The position numbers were made by a program, and so were the translations under genes. From positions 1-25,150 of IMG/VR virus record IMGVR_UViG_3300005805_000452: a DNA stretch of 25,150 nt; one strand, given 5' to 3'. Under the pieces are notes generated by a model. That model did no database searches, had not been told where the DNA came from, and saw nothing but the letters and a program-made list of their open reading frames with translations. Below, piece after piece: positions 14,913-23,223 of the stretch; positions within the stretch are counted from its first letter, which is position 1; every line of letters begins with the position of its first letter. This DNA is from a virus (taxonomy: Duplodnaviria > Caudoviricetes).

Positions 14913-15373
14913 CCAACGAAGAGACAGTGAAGATCGTGGACAAAGTGTGTTCGGCATGGAACCAGATGCTGACATTGGCCGCGAAAAAGGACATGTACGT
15001 CACGTGGTTTCATCTTCTCAAGGACATCGACTTCGACGACGCGAACAGAGTGATCGACGATCTGATCATCGAGGACGAGAGGTTCATGCCGCGCGTCGGT
15101 ACGGTGCGCAGAAGAGTGTTGAGTGCGCAGATCGGAGCCCCGCCTGAGCCGATCGTCGCTTGGCAGCAGATGCGCGTGGCTGCTGATTCGATTGGATCTG
15201 GAGTGGATTCGTTTGATATACATGAGTTAGTGCGCGTGACTATCGGTAGACTGGGTGGTGCGAGCGCGTTGGCTTTGCATACGAATGGGGACCGTGAGGC
15301 GTTCTTCACGGTGTACAAATCAGTGGTTGCAGAATGGGAGAGAAAGAACTATGGCGTCACCGGAAGTCGATAA
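14909..15373 (+). CDS. Replicative helicase loader/inhibitor (G39P-like)
   Basis: MT.EE..KI....W..LL.D.D......FMP.V...R...AW pattern; context. Confidence 0.65.
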   Translation: MTNEETVKIVDKVCSAWNQMLTLAAKKDMYVTWFHLLKDIDFDDANRVIDDLIIEDERFMPRVGTVRRRVLSAQIGAPPEPIVAWQQMRVAADSIGSGVDSFDIHELVRVTIGRLGGASALALHTNGDREAFFTVYKSVVAEWERKNYGVTGSR

Positions 15374-17054
15374 TTTTCTTGAGCGGCTGAGTGGTGTACG
15401 TAAAGACGGATCTGGTTGGATGGCGCGCTGCCCGTGCCGTGACGATGACAAGAATCCTTCTCTTCATGTAGCGGAAGGCGATGATGGGCGCGTGCTCGTG
15501 ACATGTCATCGCGGGTCTCCGTGTTCTGTGGAGGAGATCTGCCGGTCGGTGCATCTTGAGGTGAAGGATCTGATGCCGCCGCCGGAACCGAAACAGCCAC
15601 GGCTTACACTTGTCAAGACTTACGATTATTATGATGCGTCTGGGACGTTGCTGTTTCAGAAGCAACGGTTTACAGATGAGTTCGGGAAGAAAACGTTCCG
15701 GCAGCGAAAGCCCGATGGGCGCGGCGGATGGACGTACAGTCTCGGTGACACTCCAAAAGTTTTATATAACTTGCCGAAGGTTCTTCTGGCGAAGGCTGAG
15801 GGGAAGTTTATTTGGGTAACTGAGGGGGAGAAGGATGCAGATGCTGTGTCCGCCCTTGGTGAGGTTGCGACGACGATGCCGAATGGTGCGGGGTCGTGGG
15901 CGAAGATTCATACGGAGGCTTTGGCTGGCGCCGACATCGGCATTATTGCTGACAACGATAAGGCTGGGTTGGAGCACGCCGTTGACGTGTACCGGAAGTT
16001 GATCGCAGCGGGCTCTACGGTGAGCATATATCGCCCTCCTGACGGAGTTAAAGATGTCGCGGACCTTCTGGGCCTAGGCAAATCTTTAGGACACCTGGAG
16101 GACCTGGATCCTGACGAGGTTCAGGTTGAGGAAGTTGAGGCGGATCCGTTCGACGACGTCCTCGTCAAGATAACGAAGTTGGCAGAAAATACCAGATTTA
16201 CTGTGCAGCAGAAGTTGACGCGTGCTCTCGACGTGTTGAGCCGGGTGCAGTTCGGGGAACCGGCGTTCGAGGACAACGGAACTCTGGTCGACTGGCAGGA
16301 TTTCCTTGACGAAGATTTTAACGATGAGTATGACTGGCTGATTCCGGGGGTGTTGGAGCGCCAGGAGCGCGTGATCATCGTGGCGGCTGAAGGTGTTGGT
16401 AAGACGATGTTGGCGCGGCAGGTTGCGATTTGTTCTGCGGCTGGCATTCATCCGTTCACTCGATCACGGATGGAACCAATCAGAACACTAACTATTGACC
16501 TTGAGAACCCTGCGCGTATCATTCGTAGAACCTCAGCAAAAATTATGGCGCAGGCGCGTGAGTTCAAGCGCGTGGACAAGGTGGATGCGCATCTTCTGAT
16601 CAAGCCTGCGGGTTTGGATTTGTTGAGTAGTAAGGATCGGGTTCTGGTTGAGGATGTGGTGGATCGCATCCAACCAGATTTGATTTGCATTGGTCCGTTG
16701 TATAAAGCGTTTGTTGATCCGGGTGGGCGGACGAGTGAGTCGGTGGCAATCGAAGTCGCAAAATACCTGGACACTATAAGGTCTAACTACAATTGTGGTT
16801 TGTGGATGGAGCATCACGCCCCTCTCGGCTCCACGGTAGGCGGAAGAGATCTTCGTCCTTTCGGTTCCGCGGTCTGGTCCCGGTGGCCCGAATTTGGTTT
16901 AGCGCTAGAACCAGATCCAACAGCAGAAGAACGATATACTTATATTGTGAAAAACTTTCGTGGAGAACGCGACGTCCGCAACTGGCCCACAAAAATGCAG
17001 CGCGACACAGTGTTTCCATTCAAGGTGCTCGAATACAAAGAAACCAAAATATGA
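15351..17054 (+). CDS. DNA primase-helicase (Zn-binding, TOPRIM, RecA-like AAA_25)
   Basis: CPC.DD..PSL...C; TEGEKDA; ADND; KDV.D; Walker A AAEGVGKT; EHH, RPFGS. Confidence 0.9.
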   Translation: MASPEVDNFLERLSGVRKDGSGWMARCPCRDDDKNPSLHVAEGDDGRVLVTCHRGSPCSVEEICRSVHLEVKDLMPPPEPKQPRLTLVKTYDYYDASGTLLFQKQRFTDEFGKKTFRQRKPDGRGGWTYSLGDTPKVLYNLPKVLLAKAEGKFIWVTEGEKDADAVSALGEVATTMPNGAGSWAKIHTEALAGADIGIIADNDKAGLEHAVDVYRKLIAAGSTVSIYRPPDGVKDVADLLGLGKSLGHLEDLDPDEVQVEEVEADPFDDVLVKITKLAENTRFTVQQKLTRALDVLSRVQFGEPAFEDNGTLVDWQDFLDEDFNDEYDWLIPGVLERQERVIIVAAEGVGKTMLARQVAICSAAGIHPFTRSRMEPIRTLTIDLENPARIIRRTSAKIMAQAREFKRVDKVDAHLLIKPAGLDLLSSKDRVLVEDVVDRIQPDLICIGPLYKAFVDPGGRTSESVAIEVAKYLDTIRSNYNCGLWMEHHAPLGSTVGGRDLRPFGSAVWSRWPEFGLALEPDPTAEERYTYIVKNFRGERDVRNWPTKMQRDTVFPFKVLEYKETKI

Positions 17055-17650
17055 GTAAAGGTTTATCCAGAGAATTTATTGCGGAGCGAGATACTCGCAT
17101 CCTCAAAATGAGGCAAGCCGGAATCTCCGTCACAGAAATCGCCAGACGGTTCGGCATCACGGTAAGCGCATGTAACGCCGCGATCCAACGCCAACTCCAA
17201 AAACTCAACCGCGAAGCCCTCATGGCCTACCCAGAAGTGCTCCGCATGGAACTCGAACGCCTCGATACCCTCCAACAGTCCATCTGGCCCCTCACCCAAC
17301 ATAGGAAGGTCACACTCCCAGATGGCACGGAGACCACCGTAGAACCCGATCTGAAGGCCATTCAACAGGTGTTGGCCATCATGGACCGGCGGGCGAAACT
17401 TTTAGGAATGGAACAAACCAACATTTCGGTCACCATGGAACCCGCCGAATCCCCACAAAGAGCCGTTCTTGCTGGGGCGGCACCCATCGAAATTTCGAAA
17501 CATTCCCCAGAAGAAGAAGCCCGACAACTGTTGGAGTTGATGGGCGCGTCCGGAGTGCTGCCAGACACGGTCGTCCAGGACATTCTCAAGCAGCCGATAC
17601 AGTTGGAAGCCCCGTCAACAGAAGTCGGGGTCGAGCCCCGCAAGGAGTAG
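17051..17650 (+). CDS. HTH DNA-binding protein, terminase small subunit-like
   Basis: R.AG.S..EIA..FG HTH; ELERLD.LQ...W; D.KAI..VL.IMDRRAKLLG, a motif of actinophage HTH/TerS-annotated proteins. Confidence 0.7.
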   Translation: MSKGLSREFIAERDTRILKMRQAGISVTEIARRFGITVSACNAAIQRQLQKLNREALMAYPEVLRMELERLDTLQQSIWPLTQHRKVTLPDGTETTVEPDLKAIQQVLAIMDRRAKLLGMEQTNISVTMEPAESPQRAVLAGAAPIEISKHSPEEEARQLLELMGASGVLPDTVVQDILKQPIQLEAPSTEVGVEPRKE

Positions 17651-17967
17651 TGCGCGTGTCAACAGAGGACAATCTGGTTCCTGCGGTAAACAAAGTCGCA
17701 GAAACACTAAAAATGACGCGGTCTTCAAACACCGGTACGAAGGCTGGTTCTCCGGCATCGAAACAGGTTCTGATCCGCGCGTCAGAAGAAGATCACGCCC
17801 GGTGGAAAGAAGCCGCAGAAAAATCGGGTGTCACATTAAGCGAATATATTCGAGACGTCCTGAACGGTGCTTCCAAAGAAGATTTGGATTGCATCCATCC
17901 GCTCGAATACAGACGCTGGAATTTGCGTACAGAAAAATGTTTAAAATGTGGCGCAAAAATTCGGTAA
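17650..17967 (+). CDS. Ribbon-helix-helix protein with C-terminal Cys/His motif
   Basis: QVLIRASEEDHARWKEAAEKSGVTLSEYIRDVLN; C.H...C..C. Confidence 0.75.
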   Translation: MRVSTEDNLVPAVNKVAETLKMTRSSNTGTKAGSPASKQVLIRASEEDHARWKEAAEKSGVTLSEYIRDVLNGASKEDLDCIHPLEYRRWNLRTEKCLKCGAKIR

Positions 17968-18015
17968 AAAACCCCCAAAAAAACTGGAAAAAAATCTCAG
18001 AAAAAAATAGCAAAA
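17933..18015. other. Phased A-tract array (intrinsically curved DNA)
   Basis: A4-A7 tracts start at 17933, 17943, 17955, 17966, 17977, 17988, 18001, 18012. Confidence 0.75.
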
Positions 18016-18085
18016 TGGACATCCTCCTCCTCACCATCTTCCTCATCACATCCATCCACATCATCAACAGAATCACAAAACCAAA

Positions 18086-18250
18086 ATGAACAGACCAGGA
18101 CGCAAACCCACACACACCCCCACACTCACAATCAAACTCCCCCCACCCATCAAAAAACATCTCATCGAAGTCGCCGAAAACAACGACATGAGCATCACCG
18201 AATATTTAATCACGCTCATCGAACGCGACGCAGGCCAACCCATCCAATGA
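18086..18250 (+). CDS. Small ribbon-helix-helix protein (54 aa, absent from ORF track)
   Basis: MNRPGRKP...TLTIKLPPPIKKHLIEVAENNDMSITEYLITLIERD; ATGA-coupled to next gene. Confidence 0.75.
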   Translation: MNRPGRKPTHTPTLTIKLPPPIKKHLIEVAENNDMSITEYLITLIERDAGQPIQ

Positions 18251-18597
18251 CACGCCCACCCCAACCAGCCACCACCACCGGCCCCACCTACATCCAAATA
18301 CGACTACCAGGCTGGCTCAAAAACAAAATCATCCAAGAAGCCCAACACCAAAACACAACACTTAACACCTACATCATCACAGCCCTAACAGCAGCCATCA
18401 ACAACCAACACCAAACACCCCAACCCCCACAAGCAACCCAACCCCTACCAACCACAACCCACCAAATCCGCGCCTACATCACCGGACAAAAACTCACCGG
18501 CCCCTGCGGCAAAACCGACTGCACCGCCCAAACCAACAACTACAACACCGACAAACACACCCAATTCTGCACAACCTGCGGAATCAGAATAGTATAG
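18247..18597 (+). CDS. Ribbon-helix-helix protein with C-terminal Zn finger
   Basis: YIQIRLPGWLKNKIIQEAQHQNTTLNTYIITAL; PCG...C...C..C. Confidence 0.75.
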   Translation: MTRPPQPATTTGPTYIQIRLPGWLKNKIIQEAQHQNTTLNTYIITALTAAINNQHQTPQPPQATQPLPTTTHQIRAYITGQKLTGPCGKTDCTAQTNNYNTDKHTQFCTTCGIRIV

Positions 18598-18653
18598 TTA
18601 TACACGCACCCCTGCTCGCCTCGGCGTCCAGGTTCAGACATCAAAAGATGTCT

Positions 18654-18682
18654 TTGACATAGGGCTGGGCCGAACCTAAGTT
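18654..18682 (+). promoter_or_regulatory. Orphan rightward promoter with upstream palindrome
   Basis: TTGACA-17-TAAGTT; AGACATC-AAAA-GATGTCT at 18636-18653. Confidence 0.5.
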
Positions 18683-18763
18683 CGGGGAACCGGTCCGCAC
18701 CCCAAACCCCGGAACCATCCCTGCTGCAGCAAATGACCGGGGTTTCGGCTTTCACCCCCACCA

Positions 18764-19438
18764 TCACCTAACCACAGGCACACACGCCTCCCCCACACCC
18801 TCCAACAACCGACCCAAATCCTCCACCCGAACAAACCCATCCCCACCCACACCATACGTGTAACCCCACGAATTCCGCCACCGCACCACAAACTCCCTAC
18901 GACCCCGCAAACCACCAAACCTACGCACCCCAAAACCAGTCGCCAAAATAGCGTGCCCACCCACCTTCTCGCCAGACACAGACACTAGACCACCCAACCC
19001 AGTCGAATACATCCCCTCAAACCACGGCACCCCCAACACGACAGGCCCCACAAAAGCCAGCGCATCCAACACCTCTTCCACACTGAACGCCCACCGGTAC
19101 TCCGAAACAAACCCGCCCAACTTCAACACTTTCGCTCCGGCTAAGACGCTAGTCCCCTCATACGCCTCACCTTCCCATTCGTCAACCTTCTGCGCAGACC
19201 GATACAGGTTCAACGCGAAATCGTTTGACGGTTGGGGGAGAACGATCGTGGACGGTTTGGCGAGCAGTTTGTTTGTCCAGGCGTATCCGACGCAGGCGCC
19301 TTCGCGGCCTTGGTCGAGTTTTTCTTTGGGGGATCCCCACCAGATTGCTGTGGGTCTTTTCTTTTCGGGGATGATTGCTGTTATCGGGTAGTTTAGGGAT
19401 CGTTCGTCGTGGCGGGATACCCAGTCGAGTGTGTGCAT
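18764..19438 (-). CDS. Papain-like (C1) cysteine peptidase
   Basis: DQG.EGAC, GGHA, RNSWG catalytic motifs. Confidence 0.9.
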   Translation of the reverse strand: MHTLDWVSRHDERSLNYPITAIIPEKKRPTAIWWGSPKEKLDQGREGACVGYAWTNKLLAKPSTIVLPQPSNDFALNLYRSAQKVDEWEGEAYEGTSVLAGAKVLKLGGFVSEYRWAFSVEEVLDALAFVGPVVLGVPWFEGMYSTGLGGLVSVSGEKVGGHAILATGFGVRRFGGLRGRREFVVRWRNSWGYTYGVGGDGFVRVEDLGRLLEGVGEACVPVVR

Positions 19439-19458
19439 TGGCCTATTTTAGCAGGTGG

Positions 19459-19737
19459 TTAGTCTCCCCACATTTGGGCGATGGTGGGTTTGGTGGGTTT
19501 GATTCCTAGTTGGCGTTGTTTGGCTGCTAGTTGTCTGGGGGTGAGTCCTGCCCATACTCCGTGCATGTCTGCTGGTGGGTATTGGAGTGCGTAGTTGAGG
19601 CATTGGGGTTTGACTGGGCAGGTTTTGCAGATTTTGCGTGCTTCGGTGATGTAGGTGATGTCTTTGTATTCTTTGGGGAACATTTGGTTTGTTTTGTTTT
19701 TGCAGTTGGCGTGGTTCATCCATGTGTTGTTTGTCAT
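19459..19737 (-). CDS. whiB: WhiB-family Fe-S transcription factor
   Basis: W...A.C, IC..CPV...C, G[V]W[A]G turn; four conserved Cys. Confidence 0.92.
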   Translation of the reverse strand: MTNNTWMNHANCKNKTNQMFPKEYKDITYITEARKICKTCPVKPQCLNYALQYPPADMHGVWAGLTPRQLAAKQRQLGIKPTKPTIAQMWGD

Positions 19738-19789
19738 TTGTTGTGTGTATTTCGGTGTGGTGGGTGGGGTTTGGTTTGTTTTGTTGTTG

Positions 19790-20086
19790 TTATGTTGGTG
19801 TGTGTTGGGTGGTTTTGAGGATCCAGGGTTTGGGGATGGTGATGCCGTGGGCGAGGTGGGTTTCGTTGATGAGGGCGACGATGGTGATGTGGGTGTCGGT
19901 TTGTTTCCAGAGGTAGCCGATGCTGATGGTGGGGGCGGGTTGGTGTTGGTCGGCTTCTTCGGGGGTGGCCCAGTCGTTTCCTCCGAGTGATTCGGCGTCG
20001 TGCCAGATGATTTCGATGATGGGGAGGTGGGGTTTGTTTTGTAGGGCTTTTTGGATGATTTTTTTGGGGTTGTGTGTGGGTTTCAT
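19790..20086 (-). CDS. Phage hypothetical protein (I.W.DA motif)
   Basis: IEIIWHDA...W...SIGYL...IP..WI; ATG 20086 just after the upstream stop. Confidence 0.7.
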   Translation of the reverse strand: MKPTHNPKKIIQKALQNKPHLPIIEIIWHDAESLGGNDWATPEEADQHQPAPTISIGYLWKQTDTHITIVALINETHLAHGITIPKPWILKTTQHTPT

Positions 20087-20091
20087 GGTGT

Positions 20092-21309
20092 TTAGAGGAG
20101 GTGTAGGTTGCCCCATCCGTTTGGGTGGGTGGTGAGGGTGAGGGTTCCTGGTCGGGTTTTGACTCCTTTTGAGTCTGTGAAGTAGTCTCCGACGTTGGTG
20201 AGGGAGGGGCATATGAGGAGTGTTCTTCCTTCTTGTTCTTTGATGTTGAGGTGGTGGTAGTGGCCGGTGATGAGGATGTCGGCGTCTGCGATGCCTGGGT
20301 AGCCTCTTCCCATGGATTGGTCTTTCCACCAGTTCCATACTCCGTTGAGTGCTCCTCCTGAGGGGCGGGTGACGTGGCCGTGGGTTAGGCCGAGAATAAT
20401 GCCGTTTAGATTTAGAGAAAGCGCCACCTCGTCGCGTGACAATCTGAAACCTATATGGCCGTAGGCGTCTGGGTTGACGGAAAGGATTTCGGCTACTTGT
20501 TCGAATACCGCCACATCATCGTTGTCGTGAACTGATGTGATGCTTTTGCCGTTCTGACGGTTTTCGCCGTGGTTTCCTGGCACTGCCGCTACCGTAATTT
20601 TTTGGGCGTGAGGGGCGACGGACATGAGGATGTCTCGCACCCCGCGGCGCACCAGTTTCGTTTGGTCTCTGCGGTCCAGTTGGACACGGAACTGTTGGGC
20701 AGGGTAATGTCCGCAGGTGCCTTCGACCAGATCCCCTAAGCCGAGGATGACTACTTCTCCGATGTCTACCCCGGTTTTTCGGAGTTGTTTGATGCGTTCG
20801 GGGATGGTGTCAACGAGGTCGGAGATGGCTTGTGCTTGTGCTTCGATGCCGCCACCATCACAGTTCCCCACCTGCCAGTCGGACAGAGCAACAACAAAAG
20901 TGTGTTCCCCGGTGGGGGCTTCCTTCTTCGGTGGACGAGCCTTCCGGACAGCCTGATATACATCCTCTGGGATCAGATTCCCGGACTTGAACTTCCGTCG
21001 GATCTGCGCCTTGAACGAATACAGGATCGCACTGTACGCAGGGTCATCCGGATGGTCTTTCTTCCATCCGTCATAGGAACACCATTTAAGGGTGTCACCA
21101 ACAACTTCAAATTCGTTTGGATTTAAACCTCGTGAGAGGAGAATGTCATCCCACTCAGACGGAGCCGAATCCAAAGGTCCAGTCGTGATTTCCCCATTCG
21201 CGCCATCCCACACCACACCAGGCTGCCAACCAGCCGGATATACCTTCTCCTTACGCCCATCAGCAACCTGCTGACCCTCAATGGCGGCGAGTCGATCTGA
21301 CAAACTCAT
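20092..21309 (-). CDS. Calcineurin-like metallophosphoesterase (Mre11/SbcD-like fold)
   Basis: SDWQ, GDLVEG, GNHGE, HGH, GHYHH motifs; ATGA-coupled start 21309. Confidence 0.88.
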   Translation of the reverse strand: MSLSDRLAAIEGQQVADGRKEKVYPAGWQPGVVWDGANGEITTGPLDSAPSEWDDILLSRGLNPNEFEVVGDTLKWCSYDGWKKDHPDDPAYSAILYSFKAQIRRKFKSGNLIPEDVYQAVRKARPPKKEAPTGEHTFVVALSDWQVGNCDGGGIEAQAQAISDLVDTIPERIKQLRKTGVDIGEVVILGLGDLVEGTCGHYPAQQFRVQLDRRDQTKLVRRGVRDILMSVAPHAQKITVAAVPGNHGENRQNGKSITSVHDNDDVAVFEQVAEILSVNPDAYGHIGFRLSRDEVALSLNLNGIILGLTHGHVTRPSGGALNGVWNWWKDQSMGRGYPGIADADILITGHYHHLNIKEQEGRTLLICPSLTNVGDYFTDSKGVKTRPGTLTLTTHPNGWGNLHLL

Positions 21310-21548
21310 GCGCCCACCGCCCGACACCGACAATGCCCATTGCGATGATTCGAAAGAGAATCCCGTGCAATTTTGAATCCCTCGTTCCTAAGTTCCCGGT
21401 GAATGGTGATTGTGGAAACTTTGCTATTTAGAACTCGCGTAAAAGTCTCTGCCGTCACCTCATCCAATTCAGCGATTATCCTTGACACAGGACATCCGGC
21501 CGAGGCTTCTGATGACTCCAACTTCTCTAACCGATCATTAAGGGACAT
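21306..21548 (-). CDS. Small Cys/His protein coupled to the metallophosphoesterase
   Basis: GCPV...HRNGHCRC; GAAAGGA RBS before ATG 21548. Confidence 0.75.
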   Translation of the reverse strand: MSLNDRLEKLESSEASAGCPVSRIIAELDEVTAETFTRVLNSKVSTITIHRELRNEGFKIARDSLSNHRNGHCRCRAVGA

Positions 21549-21613
21549 CAGCGTCCTTTCCTGTGTCGTCACCCGTGCAACGGCACATGTCGTTCAAGTA
21601 TACTCTATGAACA

Positions 21614-22081
21614 ATGCCTCAAAATGTCCAGCATCCCCACACAGGAAAAAAGGAACACATTTTACTTAAACCTCTGGAGCGGATTCTGGAGAACGCCGCC
21701 GCCCCACAAGAAGCCGCCGACCAAATCCTGTCAATGCTTTCCGAAAGAGGACTCATCCAATACGCCCCAGAAGGAACACTCAGTCTCCTGTCCGCGGCCG
21801 GGCGTGTCCTCGTCTGCCTGCTCGAAAACCCAGGTACAACAATCCGAGAAGTAGCCGTCAGGCTCGGAATCACCGAAGCAAACGTTGGCCGAAGCGTCAC
21901 CCAACTCGCCGAATCTAACCTCATAGCAAGAACAAAAGTTGGGACCAAATACAACTACACATTCAACGAAAACGAACTCGAAAAACACCCTGATATACGC
22001 CGCTTCTACTACGCCATAAAACTCAGAACAGACCTCGATACCGCACACAAAAAACTCACAGACCGTATAATGAACCAATGA
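21614..22081 (+). CDS. Winged-helix (MarR-like) DNA-binding protein
   Basis: RVL..L.ENPG.TIREVA.RLGITE.NV.RSV.QL....LI.R.KVG; TATACT -10 at 21599. Confidence 0.8.
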   Translation: MPQNVQHPHTGKKEHILLKPLERILENAAAPQEAADQILSMLSERGLIQYAPEGTLSLLSAAGRVLVCLLENPGTTIREVAVRLGITEANVGRSVTQLAESNLIARTKVGTKYNYTFNENELEKHPDIRRFYYAIKLRTDLDTAHKKLTDRIMNQ

Positions 22082-22377
22082 GCGAACACATCGAAGAACA
22101 AAAAACGGAAGAACTATCCTTCGTCGACTACGCAAAAATGTTCCACGAGGACACCGTCCGTCACAACGAGATCCTGCTTAAAGCCTCAATCGGCACAGCA
22201 GAAAGAATGTATAGCACCCTCAAAAGAATCTCAGAAGAACGCTACGAACAAGACGTTCTCCTCATCCGAGCCGTAGAACTCCTCGCCCACATCGTCAACC
22301 ATGCCACCCCAACCAAGCATGGCCTCACAGAAGAGTTCATCGAAACGGTCAAGCAATATCTAGAAGAACTCAAATAA
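22078..22377 (+). CDS. Hypothetical protein
   Basis: ATGA coupling. Confidence 0.7.
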   Translation: MSEHIEEQKTEELSFVDYAKMFHEDTVRHNEILLKASIGTAERMYSTLKRISEERYEQDVLLIRAVELLAHIVNHATPTKHGLTEEFIETVKQYLEELK

Positions 22378-22395
22378 AAGAAGTATAATAAAGGA

Positions 22396-22902
22396 ATGGA
22401 CAGCGGAGAATCCATCAACCGGCCCTGCTTCACGGCGGGCAACAAATGCTCCGACTGCGACGGCAACCCAAATTCGTGTTCAAAAAACTTCTGCTTCGAC
22501 CTAGGCATCAAACCAGACGTTGAGCCCAGCAAAGAACAACTCGAAGAACTGCACTACGCCCGCCTATCCAGACAAACAGAATGGATAAGAAAACAATACG
22601 GCTACACAAAAAAATCAGATTTTGTGCAGGCTGCCGTCGCCACCCTATTCTACGAAGCCAATGAAGAAAAACTATCCAGATACCTGTCCGAAGCAGTCTG
22701 GCAGATCGCGCACCTCGAACTTATAGTAAAACGCCTCACCGAAGACTACGCGGACATCGTCCTGCTAGCCGAACAAATGGGCGGAGCGCTTTCCACCCAG
22801 CGGAACATCAGCATGCACATCGCCCAAACGGTTCTTGCCGAATGGTACGCCTTCCACGACTGGCTATACGACGAACCAGACCTAGACGACGATCAAGACT
22901 GA
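22396..22902 (+). CDS. Hypothetical protein with Cys-rich N-terminus
   Basis: 168 aa ORF filling the gap. Confidence 0.7.
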   Translation: MDSGESINRPCFTAGNKCSDCDGNPNSCSKNFCFDLGIKPDVEPSKEQLEELHYARLSRQTEWIRKQYGYTKKSDFVQAAVATLFYEANEEKLSRYLSEAVWQIAHLELIVKRLTEDYADIVLLAEQMGGALSTQRNISMHIAQTVLAEWYAFHDWLYDEPDLDDDQD

Positions 22903-23219
22903 GTTGCCCGCCACGACGAAAACATATCGTCGTCCACCGGGATCACCCACACCTGCATTTCGTCGACGTGACGTACATTGCCCTGCATGGACCAAGCCAC
23001 CTGCATTGTTTCCGAAGGGCTACAGGAACCAACATTACAATCCAACCCATAAACTTGTAAAAAATAACAAACAATACAGTCTTGGACGTCCTCATTCCAG
23101 CATTCAGCAGACATGTCCCCCTGATTCGGACACTCCGTCATCACAACAGAAAGATCTGGCCCATTCAGCATTAGATAAATAACATGACCATCGTCATGCC
23201 AAACCTGGGTTTCGTCCAT
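22893..23219 (-). CDS. Hypothetical protein (Cys-rich, acidic)
   Basis: ATG 23219 immediately after the endolysin stop. Confidence 0.7.
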   Translation of the reverse strand: MDETQVWHDDGHVIYLMLNGPDLSVVMTECPNQGDMSAECWNEDVQDCIVCYFLQVYGLDCNVGSCSPSETMQVAWSMQGNVRHVDEMQVWVIPVDDDMFSSWRATQS

Positions 23220-23223
23220 CAAA

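Noticed and set aside
19531-20135. Hydrophobic V/G/C/W-rich + strand ORFs resembling membrane proteins
   Set aside because: Artefacts of the extreme GT skew opposite whiB and its neighbour
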